A DNA stretch of 24,944 nucleotides from a virus (IMGVR_UViG_3300048007_000354:1-24944), one strand, 5' to 3'; numbered from the stretch's first letter, positions 7,776 to 15,388 are shown. The notes: a model not told the origin generated them from the sequence alone. A program made the numbers and translations.

Positions 7776-8261
7776 TTAATCCCACCATCTTTGAATATTA
7801 TGCTCTATATAATTCCATAATAGTCGATGTGCTTTTTTCTGTTTGGCTCTAGCTTCCCACATCATTGTATTTTTCTCCTGTTCAATTAGTGACAACTGAT
7901 CTTTAGTATAATCGATTTTCCACTTTTCAACCATTTCGTAATATGGATCTCCGTTTTTATCCAGCCTATCTAACTCTTCAAATTCAAAATAAGATTTACC
8001 ATATTTTTCTTCAATTTTTGAAATATATTCTAGTGCAAATGCTTCATCATAGACTTTATCCATTAATTTCACAGCTGTCCTAATTCTGTTAGCTGTATTT
8101 TCTCTGTTTGCTTGATAACCCTTCTTTTCTATTTCATTCGCGGTCCTACTTAATTGATATTGAAATAATTCAAGTGCGTATCTATAATCCCAGTCGTATC
8201 CTTTCCAGATAATGGGTAAGAAATCTATTACTCTCTTAATTCTTTTAAACAGTCTGCGCAT
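7776..8261 (-). CDS. Hypothetical protein
   Basis: Track ORF 7776..8294; the second Met (MRRLFKR) minimises overlap; WKGYDWDY and terminal WWD motifs. Confidence 0.75.
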   Translation of the reverse strand: MRRLFKRIKRVIDFLPIIWKGYDWDYRYALELFQYQLSRTANEIEKKGYQANRENTANRIRTAVKLMDKVYDEAFALEYISKIEEKYGKSYFEFEELDRLDKNGDPYYEMVEKWKIDYTKDQLSLIEQEKNTMMWEARAKQKKAHRLLWNYIEHNIQRWWD

Positions 8262-8823
8262 ATTTTTCAGTATATTCTTTGAGTGATATTCCATCTTGAT
8301 CCTTAGATGAAACTAAAATATGACCTACTTCATGTTGAATTAATAAACCTGGATCAATAGTTAAATCTAAGTCTTTGTCGGACCATAAGATGCACTCCTC
8401 TGAACTTTTATCGTATTCTTTAGTACATTTATAAGAAAAAATAGTATCATCCTCAAGGGCTAGAAACGCATGACCAAAACCTGCTGGAATCCAAAATTGA
8501 TTTCCAGAATTTGACGTTAATAGAATATTGACAAATTTTCCGTAAGTTTTAGAACCTGGCCTTAAATCTACTGCGAAATCAATAGCAGATCCCTTAGTAA
8601 CTCTAACTAATTTACCCTGTGCACTTTTACCTGTTTGTAGGTGAATTCCTCTAAAAGTTCCTTTTTTAGAAATAGACTGATTATCCTGAACGAATTTTTC
8701 AGAAAGGCCATGTTGTTTAAATAAAGATTCTTTATAAGTTTCTACAAACTGTCCTCTTTCGTCATAAATAATAGTTGGTCTAAACTCTATAAGACCATCG
8801 ATGTTAAATTTATTAATTTTCAT
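8245..8823 (-). CDS. rmlC: dTDP-4-dehydrorhamnose 3,5-epimerase
   Basis: DERGQFVE, FVQDNQSIS, RGIHLQ, QGKLVRV, VDLRPGS, IPAGFGHAF, YKC, SSKD. Confidence 0.95.
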   Translation of the reverse strand: MKINKFNIDGLIEFRPTIIYDERGQFVETYKESLFKQHGLSEKFVQDNQSISKKGTFRGIHLQTGKSAQGKLVRVTKGSAIDFAVDLRPGSKTYGKFVNILLTSNSGNQFWIPAGFGHAFLALEDDTIFSYKCTKEYDKSSEECILWSDKDLDLTIDPGLLIQHEVGHILVSSKDQDGISLKEYTEKYAQTV

Positions 8824-8841
8824 TTAAATAATTATATGATT

Positions 8842-9243
8842 TTAATTTCTTTTTCCTCCATTGTATGGATCTGCTAAGCCTTCGTTTATTAAAACTTGGT
8901 TTAAACTAATTGATATTGGTCTAGTTTCATTTTCTGAAACATGGACATCATGGTATTTAGTGTAAAGTTCTCCAAGAGCTCTACCATATTTATCTACTTC
9001 TTTAGAGACTATTACGAATTCATTATTGTTTTCTTCTAAAAGTTCTATCAACCTTTCTTTCGTTTTTAATCCTTGCTTTTTCTCTTCAAGATCTCTTGTT
9101 CTGGTTTCAGGGGCATCAATTCCATGTAATCTAACGTTTACCTTTTTCCAAATGTCAAATCCTAAATCTACATGCGCCCATACGGTATCTCCGTCTACTA
9201 CTCTAATTAGTTTTGCGTTAAAGGTGTAGTTAGGCGTTATCAT
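8842..9243 (-). CDS. Thermonuclease (staphylococcal nuclease-like)
   Basis: RVVDGDT, VRLHGIDAPE, DKYGRALG, LINEGLA. Confidence 0.92.
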   Translation of the reverse strand: MITPNYTFNAKLIRVVDGDTVWAHVDLGFDIWKKVNVRLHGIDAPETRTRDLEEKKQGLKTKERLIELLEENNNEFVIVSKEVDKYGRALGELYTKYHDVHVSENETRPISISLNQVLINEGLADPYNGGKRN

Positions 9244-9409
9244 GTGTCGAAGTTGTAAACCAATAAGGATCTGTTCCTCGTTGTGGTTGGTAAGGTAAAT
9301 AAGTTGTAGGACGAGTGTATGAATCCTCTGGTGTAAGAAGAACGACAGCTTCCGCTGCTGTTATCTTATTTTCGTCTAGTAGTTTTTGAACTATTTCCGC
9401 TCTTGTCAT
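9230..9409 (-). CDS. 59-aa protein with SHOCT/YvlB-N-like bihelical motif (not in ORF track)
   Basis: MTRAEIVQKLLDENKITAAEAVVLLTPEDSYTRPTTYLPYQPQRGTDPYWFTTSTHDNA; A-rich leader; fills the otherwise empty 9244-9365 gap. Confidence 0.65.
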   Translation of the reverse strand: MTRAEIVQKLLDENKITAAEAVVLLTPEDSYTRPTTYLPYQPQRGTDPYWFTTSTHDNA

Positions 9410-9602
9410 TTGTTTTTGTTTTTTTATTTGCTGGTATTACTATCCAAAATATAATGTATATTAATATTGCTGGAATCGTAGGTGTAAAGAATGCTAATGT
9501 GAATAAAAGTCTAAATATCAGTGGATCAATTCCAAAGTAATATCCTAAACCATCACATACTCCAGCAATCATTCCTCGACTACCTCTGTGTACTTTTCTC
9601 AT
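9366..9602 (-). CDS. pspC: PspC domain protein
   Basis: MIAGVCDGLGYYFGIDPLIFRLLF...LIYIIFWIVIP is the PspC signature. Confidence 0.9.
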   Translation of the reverse strand: MRKVHRGSRGMIAGVCDGLGYYFGIDPLIFRLLFTLAFFTPTIPAILIYIIFWIVIPANKKTKTNDKSGNSSKTTRRK

Positions 9603-9624
9603 TTTAAATTGTTTTCTATATTAA

Positions 9625-9652
9625 TTATACCCCCTAAAAGCACAATGTTTCA
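9625..9652 (-). promoter_or_regulatory. TGAAAC-N16-GTATAA ECF-type promoter candidate
   Basis: Minus strand TGAAAC ATTGTGCTTTTAGGGG GTATAA upstream of pspC. Confidence 0.68.
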
Positions 9653-9660
9653 TGTGCTTT
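9636..9660 (-). terminator. Hairpin directly after tRNA-Asp, probable intrinsic terminator
   Basis: AAAGCACA-TGAAACAT-TGTGCTTT(T) inverted repeat. Confidence 0.45.
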
Positions 9661-9663
9661 GAG

Positions 9664-9740
9664 TGGCGGTCTGGACGAGATTCGAACTCGCGACCCCATG
9701 CGTGACAGGCATGTATTCTAACCAACTGAACTACCAGACC
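9664..9740 (-). tRNA. trnD: tRNA-Asp (GUC), CCA encoded
   Basis: GGTCTGG acceptor stem, D-arm AGTTGGTTAGA, anticodon arm CATGC-CTGTCAC-GCATG, T-loop GTTCGAATC, 3' GCCA. Confidence 0.97.
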
Positions 9741-9745
9741 AATTG

Positions 9746-9830
9746 CGGAGAAGAAGGGATTCGAACCCCTGGAACCGTGAAGTTCGCTGGTTTTCAAGAC
9801 CAGTGCATTCGACCACTCTGCCACTTCTCC
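9746..9830 (-). tRNA. trnS: tRNA-Ser (UGA), CCA not encoded
   Basis: GGAGAAG/CTTCTCC acceptor stem, anticodon arm CTGGT-CTTGAAA-ACCAG, long variable arm, GGTTCGAATCC, discriminator G followed by CAA. Confidence 0.96.
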
Positions 9831-9832
9831 TA

Positions 9833-10238
9833 TTCTTTAACAACTATTTGTTAATGTTTATTTATTTAAATTAATTAGGAATGTTTTCCTTTTCTAAGGA
9901 TTTTTGAAGATTAAAACTATCAATAATTTTATCTAATCTTAAATCCATTTCTTCTATCTCTTTCTCAAATTGAGAAATAGTTCTATCTACTCTAGAATCT
10001 AATCTTCTGTCTAAATCATGATATGATTCATCCATAAGTCTTTCAACTCCATCGATTCTTTGTTGTAGATCGTTTTCAATGTAATTAACCAACGAATCTA
10101 ATTCACTGATTTTTTTATTTGACTTAAGCAATGACACTATCGCTAAAACAATTAGCGTTAGCACCACACCCAAACCGAATGTAATAATAGTTGTTTCCAT
10201 ATACTTATTTTTATTTTTAAAGTATAGTTGTCAAAGAA
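9833..10238 (-). repeat. 15-bp long-range inverted repeat (9833-9847 / 10224-10238) with boxA-like 5' arm
   Basis: Minus-strand arms TTCTTTGACAACTAT and ATAGTTGTTAAAGAA pair 15/15, counting one G-U pair. Confidence 0.75.
9871..10200 (-). CDS. Membrane-anchored coiled-coil protein
   Basis: N-terminal TM helix followed by acidic heptads. Confidence 0.8.
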   Translation of the reverse strand: METTIITFGLGVVLTLIVLAIVSLLKSNKKISELDSLVNYIENDLQQRIDGVERLMDESYHDLDRRLDSRVDRTISQFEKEIEEMDLRLDKIIDSFNLQKSLEKENIPN

Positions 10239-10245
10239 CTATTAT

Positions 10246-10273
10246 TTATATAAAGTAAAATGTAAATGTTTCA
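10246..10273 (-). promoter_or_regulatory. TGAAAC-N16-ATATAA ECF-type promoter candidate
   Basis: Intergenic, upstream of the 109-aa gene and tRNAs; the -10 region also contains TATAAATA. Confidence 0.65.
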
Positions 10274-10274
10274 G

Positions 10275-13200
10275 TTAGTATGAAGACTGTCTGAGTTTAA
10301 TACCTGAACCTGTCAATGTATCTTCAAGAGCTTCGATAGCTTCTACAACGTCGTCCATTGTAGATCCTCCGCCTGGTGTATTAGCTTCTATTTCTTTAGT
10401 TTTACCAGTAACTATTTCTTTCATTTTGCCAATTGCTCCGCTGATTACATCACCAACGCCTGAAGTGGCTGCTCCTTGTCTATCTACTGCTTTATCTAAG
10501 TCTGCAACTGCATCTGCAAGTTGAGCAACCGCGGATAATAAACTATCTGCAAGAACCTTCATTGCGTTTTCACCGTTATTTTTAGCAAGATCTGCTAATG
10601 CGTTAAACATTTTAGTAGTCGCTTCAACCTTAGTTATGTCTAAGGAATTGTTAGCTTTAGCATATTGTCCATAGGCTTTAGAAAGACCTTTCATATTTTC
10701 GTTAGCAAGAGTACCTGTATAACTTCCCAACCTGTTTACGAAGTCTCCAAATGGAGCTATTCCAGCAATAAATGCCTCACTCATACGCGCTACATTAGTG
10801 TATGCCTTTGATACCATTTGTATTGCATTTCCAGTAACTACTAGTTTTTCAGAGTTTCTAACTAAATATTTTAATAATTGTGACGGAGTCATTTCCACCT
10901 CTCCTCCTAGAAAGGATGTTATACCATCAAATATTGCACCTCCAACTCCTGCTAGCTTAGAAAATAATCCAGATGCTGCAGAACCAGCAAGTGCCATAGA
11001 AAGACCTATCCACGCAAGTGCTATTTTACCTATACCAGCTGCAAGTGGCCCCATGTTTTCTATTCCTATCTCATCTTTAAATCTTTTAAATAAATCTACC
11101 ATTGCATTAAATGGCATAAATAAAACATCGGTAATTGTCTGTGCCGATTCTTTGAGACCGTCAATTTTACCAATCTGTGTAAATATCCATGCAACAGCAT
11201 ACAATACAGCTGCGCCGACTAGTACCGTAAGGGCACCTAATAAAATTCCAACGGGTGTTACTGCCATTGCTATGGCACCGAGGGCTAAAATTACACCACC
11301 TAATACGAATAATGCAACGCCAACTCCAAGAGACCACATTACTGGAGGAGGATCTCCATACTCAACACCAGCTAATAATGTAAATGCCCAAGCTACCATA
11401 AGAATGGATAGCGCTGCTAGAGCAACTACTAATAATACTTTTAAAGTTTCTTTAATTTTAAAATTCTTAGCTAGCTTACCTAAAATCATAAGAGTTCCAC
11501 CAAATACCATTATTGCAACTGCAGATTTTAATGCCCACATTACATCAGGGGCCATATCCGCTGAAGTTCCAGGTAATGCTTGAAATATCCATGCAGTAGC
11601 TAATACTCCTATCGCGACTAAAGGTATCATCATCGCGGCAATTGCAGCATCTTTAAAACTTAAAGAAGCTGGCTTAGATTTTCCACCTAAACCAAACATG
11701 CCAGAACCAGGTCCCTTACTCTTTCCTCTCATTATACTAAATGTCATAGCCATCGCTGCTCCAAATATCATTAAAGCTATTCCTGCTTTAATTGAAAACA
11801 TTAAGAATCCTTCTGGTAAATCGCTAACAGATGAAGGAAGTAACTTAAACACATATGCAACTCCTATCATAGAAATAGCAATTAATGGTAATAGAACTGC
11901 GGCCATTATTAAGTCGTTCTTACCTAATTTACCTGGTTTTTGAGAACTACTTCCCATTCCAGGTACAAGCCCTCTTCTTTCAGATGTTTGCTTACCTTTT
12001 AGCATTTTCATTGTCATTCCTATCACAAGACCACCTATCATTAATAATCCTCCAATAGTAAACATAAATTTTAAGATTCCAATCGTATCTATTTGTCTTG
12101 CAACACCTGCAGCCTGCACCAACATTGGAGCTGCATATTTAAATGCTACAGCAGTTAACGCCAATACGGCTAAAACAGCAACAGCCTGTAAGGCAAATAT
12201 ACCGACTCCTTTTATATTCATTTTTTGGTTTCTCTTTCTGGAATTATCCATTTTAAGTAGAGAATTATTTTGACCCGCTTGGTTTTTTCCAACCCTACCT
12301 TCTTTTGCAAAATTGATAATTGCTGTCATGATACCTATTATAGCGATTAAAGGTGCAAGTGCCATTGAAATATTTACTAATCTTTGTATTTCTGCTTCTG
12401 TTATACCTACCTTACCAACTAATTTAGCTGCCATTGCGACGGGAGCCAATGCCAATCCTAACATCGCAACTGCTAAACCTGCTTTAGCAATAGTGCTTAC
12501 CTTTATCTTTTCAATGGCTGGAAGAGCAAATCTCATTGCAACTAATGCAACTGATAATGGTATCATTGCCGCTGCTATAATTACGAAGTTGAATGCATCC
12601 TGTGGCTTAAGGCCAGATGGCATCAATTTCATTGCAATTGCTAATGCTATCATCTGAAGTGACATCAGTGACATTGCTCTCATAATATCATCAGTGTTAT
12701 TCTTATTAAGCATAAAGTTCATGATACCTGAGAACTCCCATGCCTTTATTAATTGAACAAAGGTTTGTCCCATTATATAAATAACCGCTCCTAATGCTAG
12801 GGCTGTTATTAATTTATCTCCTCCAACTGGAGCCATGGCCTGTAGCGCATATGATAAACCTAGTAACATTACTATTGACATTCCCATGGTTAATGTGAAT
12901 GTTCTCATCACCTTAATACTTCCAAAAATGCTTCCACCGCCCGGATCTGTTATTATCATACCCATTAGTCGCGCTATAACTCCAAGGGCAACAAACATTG
13001 CAACTCCTGATGCTATCGCAGGTGGAGTAACTTTACCTGCTTCTTGAAATGCCATTGCAAGACCAAACATACCAATTCCGGTGAGAGCTATAAATCCGCC
13101 TAATCCTAGGAGCTTACTTATTCCACCTCCACCCCCAAATTTAGCCTTTTCAGCTTCACTTTTTCTAGAAATTATTTCCTTTATTTCTTTTAGAATTTTA

Positions 13201-13379
13201 TTGTTTTCGGAAAGACCTGCGGCAATACCCTGCGTAACAGAGAAACTACTAACCATTACGCTTTCTATTCTAAATAACGTATCTTTGGTTTGATTCTCTA
13301 TTGCTTCTATCTTCTGAAGAAGCGAGTTGGAACTCATTGCGAATCCCAGTAACGCCTTATCGGTGTTTTGGTTTGCCAT
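10275..13379 (-). CDS. Tape-measure-like protein with many hydrophobic helices
   Basis: 1034 aa, Ala/Gly/Leu/Met-rich helical repeats, downstream of tail tube and tail-assembly genes. Confidence 0.65.
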   Translation of the reverse strand: MANQNTDKALLGFAMSSNSLLQKIEAIENQTKDTLFRIESVMVSSFSVTQGIAAGLSENNKILKEIKEIISRKSEAEKAKFGGGGGISKLLGLGGFIALTGIGMFGLAMAFQEAGKVTPPAIASGVAMFVALGVIARLMGMIITDPGGGSIFGSIKVMRTFTLTMGMSIVMLLGLSYALQAMAPVGGDKLITALALGAVIYIMGQTFVQLIKAWEFSGIMNFMLNKNNTDDIMRAMSLMSLQMIALAIAMKLMPSGLKPQDAFNFVIIAAAMIPLSVALVAMRFALPAIEKIKVSTIAKAGLAVAMLGLALAPVAMAAKLVGKVGITEAEIQRLVNISMALAPLIAIIGIMTAIINFAKEGRVGKNQAGQNNSLLKMDNSRKRNQKMNIKGVGIFALQAVAVLAVLALTAVAFKYAAPMLVQAAGVARQIDTIGILKFMFTIGGLLMIGGLVIGMTMKMLKGKQTSERRGLVPGMGSSSQKPGKLGKNDLIMAAVLLPLIAISMIGVAYVFKLLPSSVSDLPEGFLMFSIKAGIALMIFGAAMAMTFSIMRGKSKGPGSGMFGLGGKSKPASLSFKDAAIAAMMIPLVAIGVLATAWIFQALPGTSADMAPDVMWALKSAVAIMVFGGTLMILGKLAKNFKIKETLKVLLVVALAALSILMVAWAFTLLAGVEYGDPPPVMWSLGVGVALFVLGGVILALGAIAMAVTPVGILLGALTVLVGAAVLYAVAWIFTQIGKIDGLKESAQTITDVLFMPFNAMVDLFKRFKDEIGIENMGPLAAGIGKIALAWIGLSMALAGSAASGLFSKLAGVGGAIFDGITSFLGGEVEMTPSQLLKYLVRNSEKLVVTGNAIQMVSKAYTNVARMSEAFIAGIAPFGDFVNRLGSYTGTLANENMKGLSKAYGQYAKANNSLDITKVEATTKMFNALADLAKNNGENAMKVLADSLLSAVAQLADAVADLDKAVDRQGAATSGVGDVISGAIGKMKEIVTGKTKEIEANTPGGGSTMDDVVEAIEALEDTLTGSGIKLRQSSY

Positions 13380-13395
13380 TTAATATTGCGACCTT

Positions 13396-13842
13396 TTATT
13401 TTAGTTTCGAAGCTTCTTTCTTAGCGTCTCTTAAGGCTCTTTTTAAAACTTCAGGATCAACACCACTAAGCTCTTGTTCAAGCTCCTTTTGTGTTTTTCT
13501 ATCCCTTTCAAAATCTTTAATAACTCCGGCATGAGAATCCATTTCTCTATTTAAATCCTCAATTCGTGCTTCAATATGATCTACTTCTGATTGAGCTTCT
13601 GCTGCATCATGGTCTAGACCTTGTCTTTCATATTTCTTTGCCTTAGCTTTAGCCTTAGATAGCATCTTCTTTAAATCTTTCATATCTGCTTTAGAAATTT
13701 TTCTAGAACGGTATGCTTTCATGATTTCAGGACCAAATGCAATTCCTACACCTGCAATAGCAAAAGCTAAAGTAATAGGATCTACCACTTCAGTAATAAG
13801 AGCTTCGTTTACGAAATTATTATATGATTTGATTTTTTTCAT
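13396..13842 (-). CDS. Putative virion internal protein with TM segment and coiled coil
   Basis: N-terminus MKKIKSYNNFVNEALITE resembles T4 internal-protein leaders; preceded by a late-type motif. Confidence 0.55.
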   Translation of the reverse strand: MKKIKSYNNFVNEALITEVVDPITLAFAIAGVGIAFGPEIMKAYRSRKISKADMKDLKKMLSKAKAKAKKYERQGLDHDAAEAQSEVDHIEARIEDLNREMDSHAGVIKDFERDRKTQKELEQELSGVDPEVLKRALRDAKKEASKLK

Positions 13843-13868
13843 CGCAATATATTGTTATTTTCTTTTAC

Positions 13869-13876
13869 TATATATC
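13869..13876 (-). promoter_or_regulatory. GATATATA putative late promoter
   Basis: Same octamer upstream of tail tube and sheath genes; analogous to T4 late TATAAATA. Confidence 0.62.
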
Positions 13877-13881
13877 TAAAT

Positions 13882-13910
13882 AAAAAGAGGTCCGGTGAAG
13901 GACCTCTTTT
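13882..13910 (-). terminator. Intrinsic terminator (potentially bidirectional)
   Basis: AAAAGAGGTCC-TTCACC-GGACCTCTTTTT perfect stem with T-tract, 6 nt after stop 13917. Confidence 0.88.
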
Positions 13911-13916
13911 GTAGAA

Positions 13917-14165
13917 TTATAGTTTAGGCATACTGAACTTTGGCATGTCGAATTTTGGCATTTTCATACTGTTCATCATTTCGCCAGTTTGTTCATTTTG
14001 TCCTTTGTTGGCTTCATTTTCGGCCTTAATCATTTCTATAAGTTCTTTAACTATGTAATGGAATTCATAATATTCCATTTCTTCAAGTTCCGATGGTTGA
14101 ATCGAAAGGTGTTTATAGATATAAAACTTAACCTTAAAGAAGTTCTCCAGCGATATCTTGAACAA
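13917..14165 (-). CDS. T4 gp51-like hub/tail assembly protein; start uncertain (TTG 14165, ATG 14219, or +1 frameshift from the upstream gene)
   Basis: FYIYKHLSIQPSELEEMEYYEFHYIVKEL resembles gp51-type motifs; overlaps the upstream gene in its +1 frame. Confidence 0.6.
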   Translation of the reverse strand: MFKISLENFFKVKFYIYKHLSIQPSELEEMEYYEFHYIVKELIEMIKAENEANKGQNEQTGEMMNSMKMPKFDMPKFSMPKL

Positions 14166-15096
14166 GGAAAATAGATTTGATGCCGTCACGAAAGCTAATC
14201 GGAACGAGGACCTCGTCATCCTCGTGCGGCACTACCATTTCAGGTTGTATACCGACTTTCATTTTCTCGGCTAGCTTATAAACTAACGCATATTTTCTAT
14301 TGTTCCATCCATTTAATTCAACTTCAAAGTTAAAGATTGATTTATCATCAAAACCTCTCCAATCACTATAAAGATATGGAATAAGTTGTATTAAAGATTG
14401 ATCTGCCTGTAAACCTTTTTCTTGCTTTTCTCTAATATATTTGGTAATCTTTTGCATAAGTCCAATTGTAGGTGGTCTCATTTCAATGTTACCAAACGAT
14501 TTTGTTTCAATAATAAAGGTTCTTTTATCTTGATCATAATACTTGTCTAATTCTTCTGGAATTGTAAAGTATTTAAAATATTTCTTATCAATTGTTGCGT
14601 CATGAGAAGCACCTCTTTTATCTTGATATTTTACAGTTAAACCATTTTCAGGCTCAGGAAAAGTTAAATCTCTTATTGCTAAAATAATAAAAAATCTATC
14701 TTCTTCTAAAATATCTTTATAAGAAAGTCTTTTCTTTTTAGAAGTTATTCTTAAACATGATTCTACAATCGCATTTAGCTTTTCGTCAACGTCTAAGATG
14801 TTAGTTTCATCCATTGTTGAAAAGTGTCTAATTTCTGCAACCTTAGCAGATCTAATAGATATTTCAACATCAGGAGCATAGAACATTCCACCGGACGGTA
14901 AACTGTCTACTGGAATAGGATGATAACCTAAATGGAAATCTGCCTCTTTTGCTTCTTGCGGTTGAAATCTTGACATATCTACTTTTCCTAAATTTTTAGG
15001 CTCTTCTGTAGATACTTCTGAATTTTCACTAGCTTTTACAATATTTTCATATTGCTCGTCTAGATTAATTTCTTCGTTTTTGTTTTCGTCGCTCAT
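14134..15096 (-). CDS. T4 gp26-like baseplate hub/tail assembly chaperone
   Basis: SLPSGGMFY, ISIRSAKVAE, EDRFFIILAIRDLT, IEMRPPTIG; lies between tail tube and tape-measure-like genes. Confidence 0.68.
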   Translation of the reverse strand: MSDENKNEEINLDEQYENIVKASENSEVSTEEPKNLGKVDMSRFQPQEAKEADFHLGYHPIPVDSLPSGGMFYAPDVEISIRSAKVAEIRHFSTMDETNILDVDEKLNAIVESCLRITSKKKRLSYKDILEEDRFFIILAIRDLTFPEPENGLTVKYQDKRGASHDATIDKKYFKYFTIPEELDKYYDQDKRTFIIETKSFGNIEMRPPTIGLMQKITKYIREKQEKGLQADQSLIQLIPYLYSDWRGFDDKSIFNFEVELNGWNNRKYALVYKLAEKMKVGIQPEMVVPHEDDEVLVPISFRDGIKSIFLVQDIAGELL

Positions 15097-15103
15097 TTAA
15101 TTG

Positions 15104-15322
15104 TTATTTAGATTTGAGTTGTTTAATTCTATTTCGATCCCAACTCTTTTGAAGATCGCTTTTCTTGTCTATTTCTTGTCTAATCAGGTCTCTAATGAAC
15201 GCAGAAACCGAAACCGGCCTTTCTCCATTTTCAATTGCTTCATTCAAGATAATTCTATTAATTATGAATACCTCTTCCTCTGAGAGTAAAACCTGTAGTT
15301 TCTTTGTTAATTTACTGGACAT
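15104..15322 (-). CDS. Small probable ribbon-helix-helix DNA-binding protein
   Basis: KKLQVLLSEEE strand-helix start and SVSAFIRDLIRQEI second helix. Confidence 0.55.
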   Translation of the reverse strand: MSSKLTKKLQVLLSEEEVFIINRIILNEAIENGERPVSVSAFIRDLIRQEIDKKSDLQKSWDRNRIKQLKSK

Positions 15323-15326
15323 ATTA

Positions 15327-15355
15327 TTATATCAATATATTATATTTTTGTTTCA
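15327..15355 (-). promoter_or_regulatory. TGAAAC-N17-ATATAA ECF-type promoter candidate
   Basis: Between the tail-tube terminator and ATG 15322. Confidence 0.55.
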
Positions 15356-15356
15356 T

Positions 15357-15388
15357 AAAAATAGGACGGCCGAATATAGACCGTCCTA
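15357..15388 (-). terminator. Intrinsic terminator after tail tube gene
   Basis: TAGGACGG-TCTATATTCGG-CCGTCCTA followed by TTTTT. Confidence 0.85.

Noticed and set aside
8832-8857. Possible seventh ECF promoter before rmlC
   Set aside because: ATATAA is present but there is no AAAC at 16-17 nt spacing.
9746-9830. tRNA with TGA as a possible stop suppressor or sign of recoding
   Set aside because: Anticodon UGA reads UCA (Ser). Known genes translate intact in the standard code, so no recoding is evident.
9621-9854. ORFs 9621..9824 (-) and 9663..9854 (+)
   Set aside because: They overlap two well-formed tRNA genes.
10798-13293. Long plus-strand ORFs, including 261 aa at 10798..11583
   Set aside because: Antisense shadows of the hydrophobic Ala/Gly-rich 1034-aa gene; no independent motifs or expression signals.
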